A DNA stretch of 64,000 bases from contig JBFWLW010000003.1 in assembly GCA_050251945.1 (NCBI GenBank), positions 160,001 to 224,000 of the forward strand, given 5' to 3'. The notes under the pieces are model-generated. The model was not told the origin of the DNA and did no database searches. It worked only from the letters and a program-made list of their open reading frames with translations. Numbering within the stretch: position 1 is the first letter of the stretch; the number at the start of each line of letters is the position of its first letter. This stretch comes from Deferribacterales bacterium. GTDB taxonomy: Bacteria; Chrysiogenota; Deferribacteres; Deferribacterales; Geovibrionaceae. Below are positions 46,869-56,853 of the stretch, piece by piece. Both the position numbers and the translations under genes were made by a program.

Positions 46869-48376
46869 TTTGCTCTCCAGTTTTCGGAGACTATACGGAG
46901 TCCGCTGTCACCGTTTTCAAGTATAAGTGTTTTGATACCCGTATCGCTGTATTTGTCGCCTGTGTACTTCTGTACAAATGTAACGACAACCGTGTCATCT
47001 TTACCCATTTCAACTTTGATGTCTTCCATTTCAACTGTGATAGAGGCGATCCTTGCGAATTTGCCGCCCTTATCTTTTTTCCATGCGTCAAAACCCATGC
47101 GTCCGCTTTTGAATCTGTCGGAATAGTATGACATATATCCGTCGATATTTCTGCTTTCCCATGCCGCTTCCCATGCGTGCAGAAGGTTTGCGGTGGCTTC
47201 GTGGATATCGGATATGTTGTCTTCGAGTATTGTTTCCGGTTCTGTCTGTTCAGTTTCCTGAGCTTTCGTTTCAGGTTCTGCGGGTTTTGTTTTTTCCGGT
47301 TCAACCTGAGCTATGATCTTTTCGGAAACAGGTTTCGCAGGTTCTTTTTTGGGTTCTGCCTTGGCAACAGCCACATGAGCAGGTTTCTTAGGCTGTTCTT
47401 TCGGTTTTTCAACCAGTTCGGGCAGAACAGGTTTGCTCTCCTGCACTTTTGAGGCAAGTTTTACGTTTCCGCCTTTCATCTGTTCAAAGTCTTCCGCAAC
47501 TATCTTGAGCTGTCCGCCCTCGTTGCGTAAATAGAGCGTTTTACGCCCGAAAACTGTCATATTCGATGCCGAATAATACTGGTCAAATTGTGCAACCACT
47601 TCGTCCTTAGACTCGTGGAAGATACGGAAGTTGTCCGCCGCTATCCTCCTGTCGGGGTAAGCACTCATAAGATATTTTTTATAGTTCAGATACGCATTAA
47701 GACTTTTGCCGTCTTTGGAACGAAAGCCTTTGCCGTATGAGTTTTTAAATCTGTCGAAATTATTGGAGCGCCATGCGTCTATAAATTCGTTAACAGCTGC
47801 CCTTGCAGTGTCGTAAGACTGTCTGTAGGTCTGGGGCGAGCCGAAAAGGGCGCTTCTGGTGATAATGACAGGAGTTCCGGCAGTGAAATACTGCGAGAGC
47901 CCGCGAATGTCGGGGTTATCGAGAGCAACGCATCCTTTTGTTGCGGGATCCTGTCTGTTGTCCTCTTTTCCGTGGAGCCAAATGCCGCCTCCGGTCTTTC
48001 CGTTGAGAGTATCCAGCAGGTTCGGATAGCTCAGGGGAAACGCGCCGAATCCGTATATTTTTGCGGTTTCTCTCCCGTACATCTCAATAAGACGCTGACC
48101 GGAGAGGAAACTTGTTATCCTGTAAACGCCTTCCGGTGTTTTGAGGTCGCCTCTCGAAGATTTATCGCCGTTTCCTTTGCCCACAAGCACATTAACGGTC
48201 TTGATGATGGAAACTCCGTCGCCCGTGACCCGCACGACGTGCAGTTTTCTTTTGTCCTTTTCAACAATAACTGCGGTGAAGCTTTCGCCTCTCTGCGCGG
48301 CAACGTTAAGTATTGTGTTCGCAGCAAAGGCATATGACACAGTGAGAAGCAGAAGAATAACCAGAAACTTTTTCAT
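46865..48376 (-). CDS. YkuD L,D-transpeptidase/carboxypeptidase with NTF2-like domains (Csd6/Pgp2-like)
   Basis: GDLKTPEGVY, YPN..D...KTGGGIWLHG and TKGCVA, plus two W..AW...D..Y...Y NTF2-like repeats. Start placed at ATG 48376. Confidence 0.82.
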   Translation of the reverse strand: MKKFLVILLLLTVSYAFAANTILNVAAQRGESFTAVIVEKDKRKLHVVRVTGDGVSIIKTVNVLVGKGNGDKSSRGDLKTPEGVYRITSFLSGQRLIEMYGRETAKIYGFGAFPLSYPNLLDTLNGKTGGGIWLHGKEDNRQDPATKGCVALDNPDIRGLSQYFTAGTPVIITRSALFGSPQTYRQSYDTARAAVNEFIDAWRSNNFDRFKNSYGKGFRSKDGKSLNAYLNYKKYLMSAYPDRRIAADNFRIFHESKDEVVAQFDQYYSASNMTVFGRKTLYLRNEGGQLKIVAEDFEQMKGGNVKLASKVQESKPVLPELVEKPKEQPKKPAHVAVAKAEPKKEPAKPVSEKIIAQVEPEKTKPAEPETKAQETEQTEPETILEDNISDIHEATANLLHAWEAAWESRNIDGYMSYYSDRFKSGRMGFDAWKKDKGGKFARIASITVEMEDIKVEMGKDDTVVVTFVQKYTGDKYSDTGIKTLILENGDSGLRIVSENWRAK

Positions 48377-48380
48377 AACC

Positions 48381-49703
48381 CTACCATTCAATATTTTTTC
48401 CATAGAGAAAATAACGATCAAGCTTGTTTTTCAACATACCCTGAACAGGTTTCGACATTCCGATGGGTATATCATAATAGAAAACAGCCCCGCCATGATA
48501 ATCAGCAGGCATGTCGATGTCAAACCCTTTCAGGTAACGCAATGCATTATTATAATCAGTCTGCGACTTAAGCTCATCCCTGATGCAATCAGCAAGCTGC
48601 CAGAAAGCCTGCGAGGTGAGTTCGCCCTCCCTTTTAAACAGCATTATGCCGTTGCTTTTAAAGTTTATGCTTCTGTCCATGCGGCTTGTAAGGTATTTTG
48701 AGCCGCCTTTTTCATAAACCTCTGCAAATTCGGGAAAATCGTCAAAGAAGGAGTTTATCTCCTTATCCGGCTTGAAACGTACGAAGCTCCCGCCCTCCGA
48801 AGGCTCGCCTTTTTTGCGTATGGCGGCGATGAAAAATCCGTCGTATTCGTCCAGATGAGGCAGGAAACGGATAACCTTTTCGTCCAGCGCGCTGTCGCCG
48901 CTGATACCTTTCGTATATTGACCTTTATTTATATCTATGAGCTCACAGTCGAAGGATTCAAGCAGATGGCCGACCACCTCTTCGTTCTCCTCTTTGGCAA
49001 AAGTACAGGTGGAATAGACCATCACCCCGCCTTCTTTAAGCGAAACAAAGGCGGAATCGGCTATCTCCTTCTGCAGCTTTGCCATGCGCTCCGTAAGTTC
49101 CTGCGTCCATTCCGCATTGACGGTCTTATTGCGTCCTATCTTGTTTTCGTTACTGCACGGCGCATCCAGCAGGATGCCGTCGAAAAAGCCGTCGAATACC
49201 TTATGGAGGCTGCGCCCGTCCATGCTCACAGTGCGGACGGAATAGCTTCCGTATTTTTCTATATTGAAATGTAATGATTTAAGACGTTTCGGCGAAGGTT
49301 CATTGGCGATGATTGCACACCGGTTTTTCAGAATATCCGCAATGGCGCATGTCTTGCCGCCCGGCGCGCTGGCAACATCCAGAATATATGGGTAATCAGG
49401 CATAAGCGACGCAAGCACCCTTGCCGTGAAAACGGAGGAGGGGTTCATAATATAAAACCCGCCTGTCTGGAAACCAATGGTATCCGTCAGCTTTTCGGCG
49501 TTCTCCGTCACCTTGTAAACATACGGTATCACGGAAGTTTCCATACCTATGCAGATATCGTTAAGTTCTTTCAGATAATCAGCTTTTCTTGCGGAAGCAA
49601 GCCTTATGTGCCTGCTTTTTTCGCGCAGGAGGGTCTCGAAAAACCTTTCGGCATCGTCCCCGAAAACAGTGGTGTATTTGGCAATAAAATCCTTATTCAG
49701 CAT
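48381..49703 (-). CDS. RsmB/RsmF (NOL1/NOP2) family RNA cytosine-C5 methyltransferase
   Basis: LDVASAPGGKT, LLDAPCS and YSTCT....ENE motifs. Confidence 0.9.
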   Translation of the reverse strand: MLNKDFIAKYTTVFGDDAERFFETLLREKSRHIRLASARKADYLKELNDICIGMETSVIPYVYKVTENAEKLTDTIGFQTGGFYIMNPSSVFTARVLASLMPDYPYILDVASAPGGKTCAIADILKNRCAIIANEPSPKRLKSLHFNIEKYGSYSVRTVSMDGRSLHKVFDGFFDGILLDAPCSNENKIGRNKTVNAEWTQELTERMAKLQKEIADSAFVSLKEGGVMVYSTCTFAKEENEEVVGHLLESFDCELIDINKGQYTKGISGDSALDEKVIRFLPHLDEYDGFFIAAIRKKGEPSEGGSFVRFKPDKEINSFFDDFPEFAEVYEKGGSKYLTSRMDRSINFKSNGIMLFKREGELTSQAFWQLADCIRDELKSQTDYNNALRYLKGFDIDMPADYHGGAVFYYDIPIGMSKPVQGMLKNKLDRYFLYGKNIEW

Positions 49704-49762
49704 GGACTAAAGGATAAAACAATTATGTTGAGTTTACAACTGTAATATAGTAGGCTTCAAAT

Positions 49763-51106
49763 ATGAAAATAGTGGTTGCAGGCGCAGGAGAGGTCGGTTT
49801 TCACATCGCATCCTCCCTTATCAAAGACGGGAAGGATGTTGTTCTGGTGGAAAAAAATCCCGCACGGGCAAAGTACGCCTCTTCCCACCTCGATTGCCTC
49901 GTTGTCGTCGGAGAGGCAACCAATCCCGATATTCTTAAAGAAGCGGGCATCGACAATGCCGACGCCTTCATCAGCGCAACCGATTATGACGAAGTCAATA
50001 TGATCACTTGCTTCATAGTCGCAAGCGAATTTGACGTTCCCGTAAAAATTGCCCGCGTGCGCAATGTCAGCTATTCCAAACGCAGGATGCAGGGAAAGGC
50101 TCTCGCCGGAGTTGACTACGTCGTTAACCCTGAAATTGAGGCGGCAAAAACCATAGTTTCAACCGTTCAGCACGGCGCAACAAGCGATATCTTCCTTTTT
50201 GAGGATCTCAACATACAGCTTCGCGACATCATCGTTGACGAGGACGCTTTCTTTTGCGGAAAAACACTTAAAGACATCAAACGTGACCTGAAAGAGGAAT
50301 TTCTTATCGCAGGCATAATGCGCGACGACGAAATAGTTATCCCCGACGGCGATACCGTTATCCTCGATAAAGACCATATTTATCTTGTCGCATCCTCCAG
50401 AAGCTTCGTGAGAATGCTGAAGAAAGTAGGCATGCACGGCAAAAAACTCAAATCAATCGTCATTCTCGGCGGTGGCAACATCGGGCATCATGTTGCGGAG
50501 ATGCTTCTGCAGCAGGGCAAGAGCATAAAAATAATCGATAAAGATTACGAAATATGCAAGACCCTCACTGCGGATTTCCCAAACGCACTGGTTCTGAACG
50601 CAGACGTTTCGGACGAAAGTATTTTCGAGGACGAACAGCTTTTTAACTGCGATGCCATCATCTGCACAACCCACAACGAAGAACTGAACATACTTGCCGC
50701 CATATACGGCAAATCGAAAGGCATAAAGCGCGCGGTGGCACTTGTTAACAAGAGCAACTACATAACCATATCGGACGATCTGGGCATAGATTCCACCGTA
50801 AGCCCGAAGATAAGCTCCGTTAACGCCATCCTGAAATACATCAGGAAGGGCAACATAAAAAGCGTTATGAAGGTTCTGAACGGCATGGCGGAAGTTGCGG
50901 AATTTTTCGTTGCCCACGGAGCGGAAGTGACCACAAAAACCCTGAAGGATATAAAACTTCCGAAAGGAAGCCTCGTTGTCGCAGTCGCGAGGAACAACCG
51001 GACTTTCATCCCGGACGGAAATTTTGTCATGCAGTCGGGCGACATAGCGCTGACATTCTCCGCAGACAACACAGCCGAATCGTTACAGCCCTATTTTTCA
51101 GAGTAA
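49763..51106 (+). CDS. trkA: Trk potassium uptake NAD-binding subunit
   Basis: Two RCK_N/RCK_C pairs with GAGEVG and GGGNIG. Confidence 0.95.
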   Translation: MKIVVAGAGEVGFHIASSLIKDGKDVVLVEKNPARAKYASSHLDCLVVVGEATNPDILKEAGIDNADAFISATDYDEVNMITCFIVASEFDVPVKIARVRNVSYSKRRMQGKALAGVDYVVNPEIEAAKTIVSTVQHGATSDIFLFEDLNIQLRDIIVDEDAFFCGKTLKDIKRDLKEEFLIAGIMRDDEIVIPDGDTVILDKDHIYLVASSRSFVRMLKKVGMHGKKLKSIVILGGGNIGHHVAEMLLQQGKSIKIIDKDYEICKTLTADFPNALVLNADVSDESIFEDEQLFNCDAIICTTHNEELNILAAIYGKSKGIKRAVALVNKSNYITISDDLGIDSTVSPKISSVNAILKYIRKGNIKSVMKVLNGMAEVAEFFVAHGAEVTTKTLKDIKLPKGSLVVAVARNNRTFIPDGNFVMQSGDIALTFSADNTAESLQPYFSE

Positions 51107-51109
51107 TCC

Positions 51110-52561
51110 ATGCACTATAAAGTTATCATAAAGACCATCGCCATTCTGCAGGTGATAATTGCCGCCTTCCACCTTTTGTGCGGCGGTATGGCTGTATGGT
51201 TCCACGAATTCAACGCCACTAACAGTTTTTTTATATCCGGCAGCCTGCTCATCAGTGTGGGCGCTGTCGCACTTTACTTTCTGAAAGATGAAAGACCGAA
51301 AAACCTGTCCACAAAGGACGGATTTCTCCTTGTCACGGCGAGCTGGGTCGCCGCCGTTCTGATAGGCGCTCTGCCGTACCACATATCGGGCGTTGTACCG
51401 ACGTATGCGGATGCAGTTTTTGAAACTATCTCCGGTTTCTCAACAACAGGTGCGACAATAATGACGGACGTTGAGTCACTGCCGAAATCCATCCTTTTCT
51501 GGCGGTCGCTTACGCACTGGCTGGGCGGTATGGGCATTGTCGTTCTGGCTGTTGCGGTTCTGCCCCTTTTAGGAATCGGCGGGATGCAGCTCATTCAGGC
51601 GGAAGCACCCGGACCGACTGTTGACAAGCTGACACCCAGAATAACAGAAACGGCGAAGTATCTTTGGTTCATCTATCTTTTCTTCACCGCCGCAGAAACG
51701 ACTCTTCTGATGCTCGGCGGCATGAATCTTTTCGATTCGCTCAATCACACATTCGCCACTGTGGCAACAGGCGGATTCGGAACGAAAAATACCAGCGTAC
51801 AGCATTACAACTCAGCATATATAGACTATGTAATAACCGTGTTCATGCTCCTTGCCGGACTGAACTTCTCGCTCCATTTCAGGCTTCTGACGGGAAATTT
51901 CAAGCATCTGTTTGTAGATTCGGAGCTTAAAACATACTTCTTCATAGTAACCGCGGCCACACTGATTGCGACTTTCTCCCTCACTGGGACAGTTTATAAC
52001 GATTTCATGACCAGTTTCCGTTATGCGAGCTTTCAGGTGGCAAGCTTCATAACCACCACAGGGTTTGCAACTGACGATTATGAAAGATGGCCTGCTGTGG
52101 CACAGATTGTTCTTTTCCTGCTGATGTTCGTCGGAGGGTGTTCGGGTTCCACAGGAGGCGGCATAAAGGTCATAAGGATAATTACACTGCTGAAACAGGG
52201 CTTGAACGAGATGAAATACCTTATACATCCCCGCGCAGTTTTCGCACTGCGCATCAACGGGCAGCCTGTTAAAAAGAATATCGTCTACGCTATCAGCGGT
52301 TTCTTTTTTTTATACATTACCACGGCTCTGATCGTTACCGTTATAGTCTCAACCTCCGGCGTGGATATCACCACCGCTTTCACTGCGGCGCTGACCACAC
52401 TGGGCAACATCGGTCCAGGATTCGGACTTATCGGTCCCACCGAAAATTTCGCATTCTTTCCCGAATATGTGAAATGGGTGCTGAGTGCCGCAATGCTTAT
52501 CGGCAGGCTTGAGATATACACGGTGATCGTTCTCTTCACTCCAATGTTCTGGCGGAAATGA
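51110..52561 (+). CDS. trkH: Trk potassium uptake membrane subunit
   Basis: SGFSTTGAT, WLGGMGI, ATGGF, TTTGF, GSTGGGIK and GRLE motifs. Confidence 0.96.
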   Translation: MHYKVIIKTIAILQVIIAAFHLLCGGMAVWFHEFNATNSFFISGSLLISVGAVALYFLKDERPKNLSTKDGFLLVTASWVAAVLIGALPYHISGVVPTYADAVFETISGFSTTGATIMTDVESLPKSILFWRSLTHWLGGMGIVVLAVAVLPLLGIGGMQLIQAEAPGPTVDKLTPRITETAKYLWFIYLFFTAAETTLLMLGGMNLFDSLNHTFATVATGGFGTKNTSVQHYNSAYIDYVITVFMLLAGLNFSLHFRLLTGNFKHLFVDSELKTYFFIVTAATLIATFSLTGTVYNDFMTSFRYASFQVASFITTTGFATDDYERWPAVAQIVLFLLMFVGGCSGSTGGGIKVIRIITLLKQGLNEMKYLIHPRAVFALRINGQPVKKNIVYAISGFFFLYITTALIVTVIVSTSGVDITTAFTAALTTLGNIGPGFGLIGPTENFAFFPEYVKWVLSAAMLIGRLEIYTVIVLFTPMFWRK

Positions 52562-54777
52562 AAACATTTATCATATATATCAACGGAATAGTGCAGGGAG
52601 TCGGATTTCGCCCGTTCGTATATAACCTTGCGGTTTCAAAGGGCGTCAAAGGCTCTGTGGTCAACAGCGGACGCGGCGTAGAGGTGCGTATGAACGCAGA
52701 GGATATGGAGGAAGCGGAGGCGCTCCTGCATGACATCAAAATATTCGCCCCTCCTCTGGCACACATAACAGAAAGCTCCGTCAGAGAGACTGAATACACT
52801 CAATACGAATCATTCACCATAGAAAAATCAATACATTCCGGCGGACTGTCCCTTGTTCCGCCCGATACGGCGATGTGCCCCAACTGTGCAAGGGAGATCA
52901 GCGACCCGGCAGACAGGCGGTTTGAGTACCCGTTTACCAACTGCACTGACTGCGGTCCCAGATACACGATCATGCTTGATATGCCCTATGACAGACCCCG
53001 CACGGTAATGTCGGAATTTGCAATGTGTCCGCAGTGTCAGACGGAGTATGGAAATCCCGCAGACAGACGCTTTCATGCACAGCCCAACGCCTGTCCGGTA
53101 TGTGGTCCTGAAGTCTCCTACAGAGATATCAGAGGCATTGAAGCAATAAAAAAAATTGCCGGACTGATAGACGACGGCGAGCTTGTTGCCGTTAAAGGGC
53201 TTGGCGGATATCATCTCATATGCGACGCGACAAACGACGCTCCCATCACAAAACTGCGCGGGCTGAAAAACCGCCCTGATAAACCACTGGCAGTAATGGC
53301 ATTGCCCGAAACCATAGAAGCATTGAATATATCGCAGTCTGAAAAAAATCTTATATTCAGCCAGTCGGCACCTATTGTGGTTCTTGAGTGCGACAATCCG
53401 GCGCTCAGCCGGTTCGTCTGCCCCATGTCGAAAGCTGTGGGGTATATGACAGCTTACACTCCGCTGCACATGGTGCTGATGAAATATCTGAAAACAAAGT
53501 TCATCGTCGCCACCAGCGGCAATTTGAAAGATGAACCCATAGCAAAGGACGCACATGAGGCGGAAACTGCGCTTTCGTCGTTCACGGAACATTTTCTGCA
53601 CCATAACAGACCCATCCACAACAGATGCGACGATTCACTGGCGGCAGTTGTCGGCGGTTCTCCATATATCATGCGCCGCGCAAGGGGATTTGCTCCCTAT
53701 CCGGTAATAATGCCTTTGGCATCTGACAAGTGCGTTCTCGGTGCGGGCGCTCATCTTAAAAGCAGTATAACCATCGCAAAGGATGGTTATGGATTCGTAA
53801 GCCAGTACATAGGCGATCTGGACAATCCGGAAACCTGCGCCTTTTATGACGAGACAATAAAAAAGATGGAGTCACTTTACGGACTGACACCCGAAACGGT
53901 TGTCTGCGACCTCCACCCAAACTATCACAGCACGCAGTATGCGCAAAAACTCGGCATAAAGGTTGTTCAGGTTCAGCACCACGTCGCCCATATGCTCGCA
54001 TGCATGGCGGAAAACGGGCTTACCGGCAACACGCTTGGCATCATAATGGACGGAACGGGGCTTGGCACAGACAACACCATATGGGGCGGAGAGTTCTTTG
54101 TTATGAAAGACACTGAAATAACCCGCGCCCTGCACCTGCCCTCTGTACCGCAGCCCGGCATGGACGCGGCGGCAAAGAATCCCGCACGGATGCTGATTTC
54201 ATACCTGCACAGCTTCGGGCTTCTGTCGGACAGCATAGATATACTCACAGCCAATACAGGGCTTTCTGAAAAGGATATTCAGCTCATCACAACCATGACG
54301 GACAAAAACATAAACTGCATCCCCACATCCAGTACCGGAAGGATGTTTGAAAGCGTTGGCGCGCTCGTCACAAAAACACCCGTAAACCTTTTCGAGGCAC
54401 ATTCCGCCATGAAATTTGAAGGATTCTGTAAAAACACAGATAGATCTTACCGTGTATCCTCGACTGATGAGCTTTTCGGATGCGTTCTTGACGACCTGCG
54501 CAAAGGCACTGACAGAACCGAGATTGCATCCGCGTTTCACAACGGGTTCGCAGATTGGGTGTTCAATGAGGCAATCAGGCTCTGCAGTGAAAATAACATA
54601 ACAGACACCGTTATTTCCGGCGGCGTATTCCAGAATATATTTATTGTACGCAGGCTAAAGGCTCTTTTCGCCAAAAGCTCCGTCAGACTGCACACACACT
54701 CGAAAGTTCCGCCCAACGACGGGTGCATATCACTTGGGCAGTCGTTCTTTACAAACTTTCACAGCCTGAACATTTGA
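52558..54777 (+). CDS. hypF: [NiFe]-hydrogenase maturation carbamoyltransferase
   Basis: GIVQGVGFRP, zinc fingers, KGLGGYHL, QHH.AH, DGTG and NDG.ISLGQ motifs. Confidence 0.96.
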   Translation: MKTFIIYINGIVQGVGFRPFVYNLAVSKGVKGSVVNSGRGVEVRMNAEDMEEAEALLHDIKIFAPPLAHITESSVRETEYTQYESFTIEKSIHSGGLSLVPPDTAMCPNCAREISDPADRRFEYPFTNCTDCGPRYTIMLDMPYDRPRTVMSEFAMCPQCQTEYGNPADRRFHAQPNACPVCGPEVSYRDIRGIEAIKKIAGLIDDGELVAVKGLGGYHLICDATNDAPITKLRGLKNRPDKPLAVMALPETIEALNISQSEKNLIFSQSAPIVVLECDNPALSRFVCPMSKAVGYMTAYTPLHMVLMKYLKTKFIVATSGNLKDEPIAKDAHEAETALSSFTEHFLHHNRPIHNRCDDSLAAVVGGSPYIMRRARGFAPYPVIMPLASDKCVLGAGAHLKSSITIAKDGYGFVSQYIGDLDNPETCAFYDETIKKMESLYGLTPETVVCDLHPNYHSTQYAQKLGIKVVQVQHHVAHMLACMAENGLTGNTLGIIMDGTGLGTDNTIWGGEFFVMKDTEITRALHLPSVPQPGMDAAAKNPARMLISYLHSFGLLSDSIDILTANTGLSEKDIQLITTMTDKNINCIPTSSTGRMFESVGALVTKTPVNLFEAHSAMKFEGFCKNTDRSYRVSSTDELFGCVLDDLRKGTDRTEIASAFHNGFADWVFNEAIRLCSENNITDTVISGGVFQNIFIVRRLKALFAKSSVRLHTHSKVPPNDGCISLGQSFFTNFHSLNI

Positions 54778-54835
54778 TTCCACAATCTCTTTCCAAATCA
54801 TAACAAATGTTCTATACTTGGAAAAGAGAGGATAT

Positions 54836-56026
54836 ATGATACACCCTGATGTTTCACTTCTGATACTATGCAATAACAGCCGTGCATGTATGGATGTTAA
54901 AGAGGTTCTGGGCAGCCTCAAATTTGACATGACCATCGCAGTCAGCACAGAAGAAGCATATGACCTGCTCACCAAAAAAAGCTTTGACATAATAGTTTCC
55001 GAATTCGATCTGGACGGCACTGACGGTATAAAATTTCTTCAGTACGCCGCATCAATGAACAGCTTCTCCACGCGGCTGATTGTCGGCAGCAGTTCAAACG
55101 AAGACTCGATAATCAAAGCTATCATAAAAGGCATCGCATGCGCCTATATAGACTCATCGTCAAACAGACACATAATAACTGCTAAACTTGCCGACATGGC
55201 GCGGGTGCAGACCAGCATGGACAACAGAAGGCTGCGCCAGATACAGAACGGTTCAAACACCTTTCCCATAGTCATGAGCATCTATGAAGCGCTTATGAAC
55301 GCCATAAATAACGACCTTCCGATCGGAAAGATAGCCCAGATAGTGTCCGGAGACGTTACGCTCACTTCAAAGATAATCCATGTGGCAAACTCCGCATTCT
55401 ACGGCAGTTTCGCCGGAACCTCCGTCGAAAAAGCCATAATGTTCATGGGGCTTAACACTGTTAAGGACATTGTGCTGATGCATTCCCTTTCGGCAAACCT
55501 GAATATGACCGCGGAACAAAACCAGTATTTTGAAACGACAGTGCGGCACTCAGTTGAAACGAACTATTACCTCAACTGCATAGCACATATTTACAGAGAC
55601 TGTTCTCTTTCACCGCTGAACAATTCCGTGGGGATAATCCACGACATAGGAAAGATAATACAGCTTGTTTTCTTTCCGCTCGAATTCCGTGCTATTGCGG
55701 AATTCAGAGAGGAACACCCAAATACGGACTATTTCACATGTGAGCTTGAATCGGGTAATTTTTCTGTAAACCACGCGGAGGTCGGGGCATATTTTCTTAA
55801 GATGTGGAACTTTAACCAGTATGCGGTAGAATCCGCTCTGTTTCACCATACGCCGGAACTGTCTTCAGCCAACACAAGAGCATGCGTAGAAGCGCTCTAT
55901 CTGGCAAACACCCTTTCAGATATCCGCGACGGATACAATCAGTCTCTTGAAGAAGCTGTAAAAAGATGCGTAATAGTTAAGGCTGATCCGCAAGTGCTTA
56001 TGAACATTGAGCCGCCCGAACGTTAG
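54836..56026 (+). CDS. Receiver-like domain + HDOD signalling protein
   Basis: N-terminal REC-like fold. HDOD motifs ANSAFYG, HDIGK, HAEVGAY....W and HH.P. Confidence 0.85.
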   Translation: MIHPDVSLLILCNNSRACMDVKEVLGSLKFDMTIAVSTEEAYDLLTKKSFDIIVSEFDLDGTDGIKFLQYAASMNSFSTRLIVGSSSNEDSIIKAIIKGIACAYIDSSSNRHIITAKLADMARVQTSMDNRRLRQIQNGSNTFPIVMSIYEALMNAINNDLPIGKIAQIVSGDVTLTSKIIHVANSAFYGSFAGTSVEKAIMFMGLNTVKDIVLMHSLSANLNMTAEQNQYFETTVRHSVETNYYLNCIAHIYRDCSLSPLNNSVGIIHDIGKIIQLVFFPLEFRAIAEFREEHPNTDYFTCELESGNFSVNHAEVGAYFLKMWNFNQYAVESALFHHTPELSSANTRACVEALYLANTLSDIRDGYNQSLEEAVKRCVIVKADPQVLMNIEPPER

Positions 56027-56853
56027 TTCTTCGGATCAAGAATATCTCTCAGACCTTCACCCAGAAGGTTATAACCCAGAACAGTTATAAATATGGCAAG
56101 ACCCGGAAACATCGACAGCCACCATGCGAACATGATGTTGTCCTTGCCTGCTGTCAGAATATTTCCCCATGACGGGGTGGGGGGCTGAACGCCCAGACCA
56201 AGAAAACTCAGAGAACTTTCGGTGAGAATAGCTCCCGCAATGCCAAGCGTCGCCGTTACGAATATCGGCGTCATTACGTTAGGCAGTATATGTTTGAACA
56301 TTATTATGTTTGTGGAAAGCCCCTGCACCTGCGCAGCGGTTATATAATCGCGGGTCTTAACACTCATTACCTCAGCCCGAACCAGACGGGTTACGCCCAT
56401 CCAGCCCGTTAGACCTATCACAGCCATAACGTTGAACACGGAAGGATTAAGAAACGCTATCACAGCAAGTATAAGGAAAAAAGCGGGAAAACAGAGCATT
56501 ATATCCACAATGCGCATTATGATTATATCAGTCCAGCCGCCGAAATATCCGGCAATAAGCCCAAGAATCACACCTATCAGCAGCGATATCCCTACCGCAA
56601 CAAAACCCACGAACAGCGAGATACGGCTGCCGTAAACTATGCGGCTGAAAACATCCCTGCCCAATTCATCCGTTCCGAAAAAATTCAGCTCAGAAGGAGC
56701 CGCAAAGATATTATTAAGATTAATAGCCGTCGGGTCCTGCGTCGCTATGAACGGCGCGAAGACGGCAACCATAATGAAGAACAGCACGACGGCAAGCCCC
56801 GAATAGAACAGATAGCTCCCCTTGACCTTGCTCAGAAGTCTATTTTTTGCCAT
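56023..56853 (-). CDS. Peptide/nickel ABC transporter permease (OppC/DppC-like)
   Basis: [17 protein letters not shown] and LSFLGLG..PP.PSWG motifs. Confidence 0.93.
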   Translation of the reverse strand: MAKNRLLSKVKGSYLFYSGLAVVLFFIMVAVFAPFIATQDPTAINLNNIFAAPSELNFFGTDELGRDVFSRIVYGSRISLFVGFVAVGISLLIGVILGLIAGYFGGWTDIIIMRIVDIMLCFPAFFLILAVIAFLNPSVFNVMAVIGLTGWMGVTRLVRAEVMSVKTRDYITAAQVQGLSTNIIMFKHILPNVMTPIFVTATLGIAGAILTESSLSFLGLGVQPPTPSWGNILTAGKDNIMFAWWLSMFPGLAIFITVLGYNLLGEGLRDILDPKN

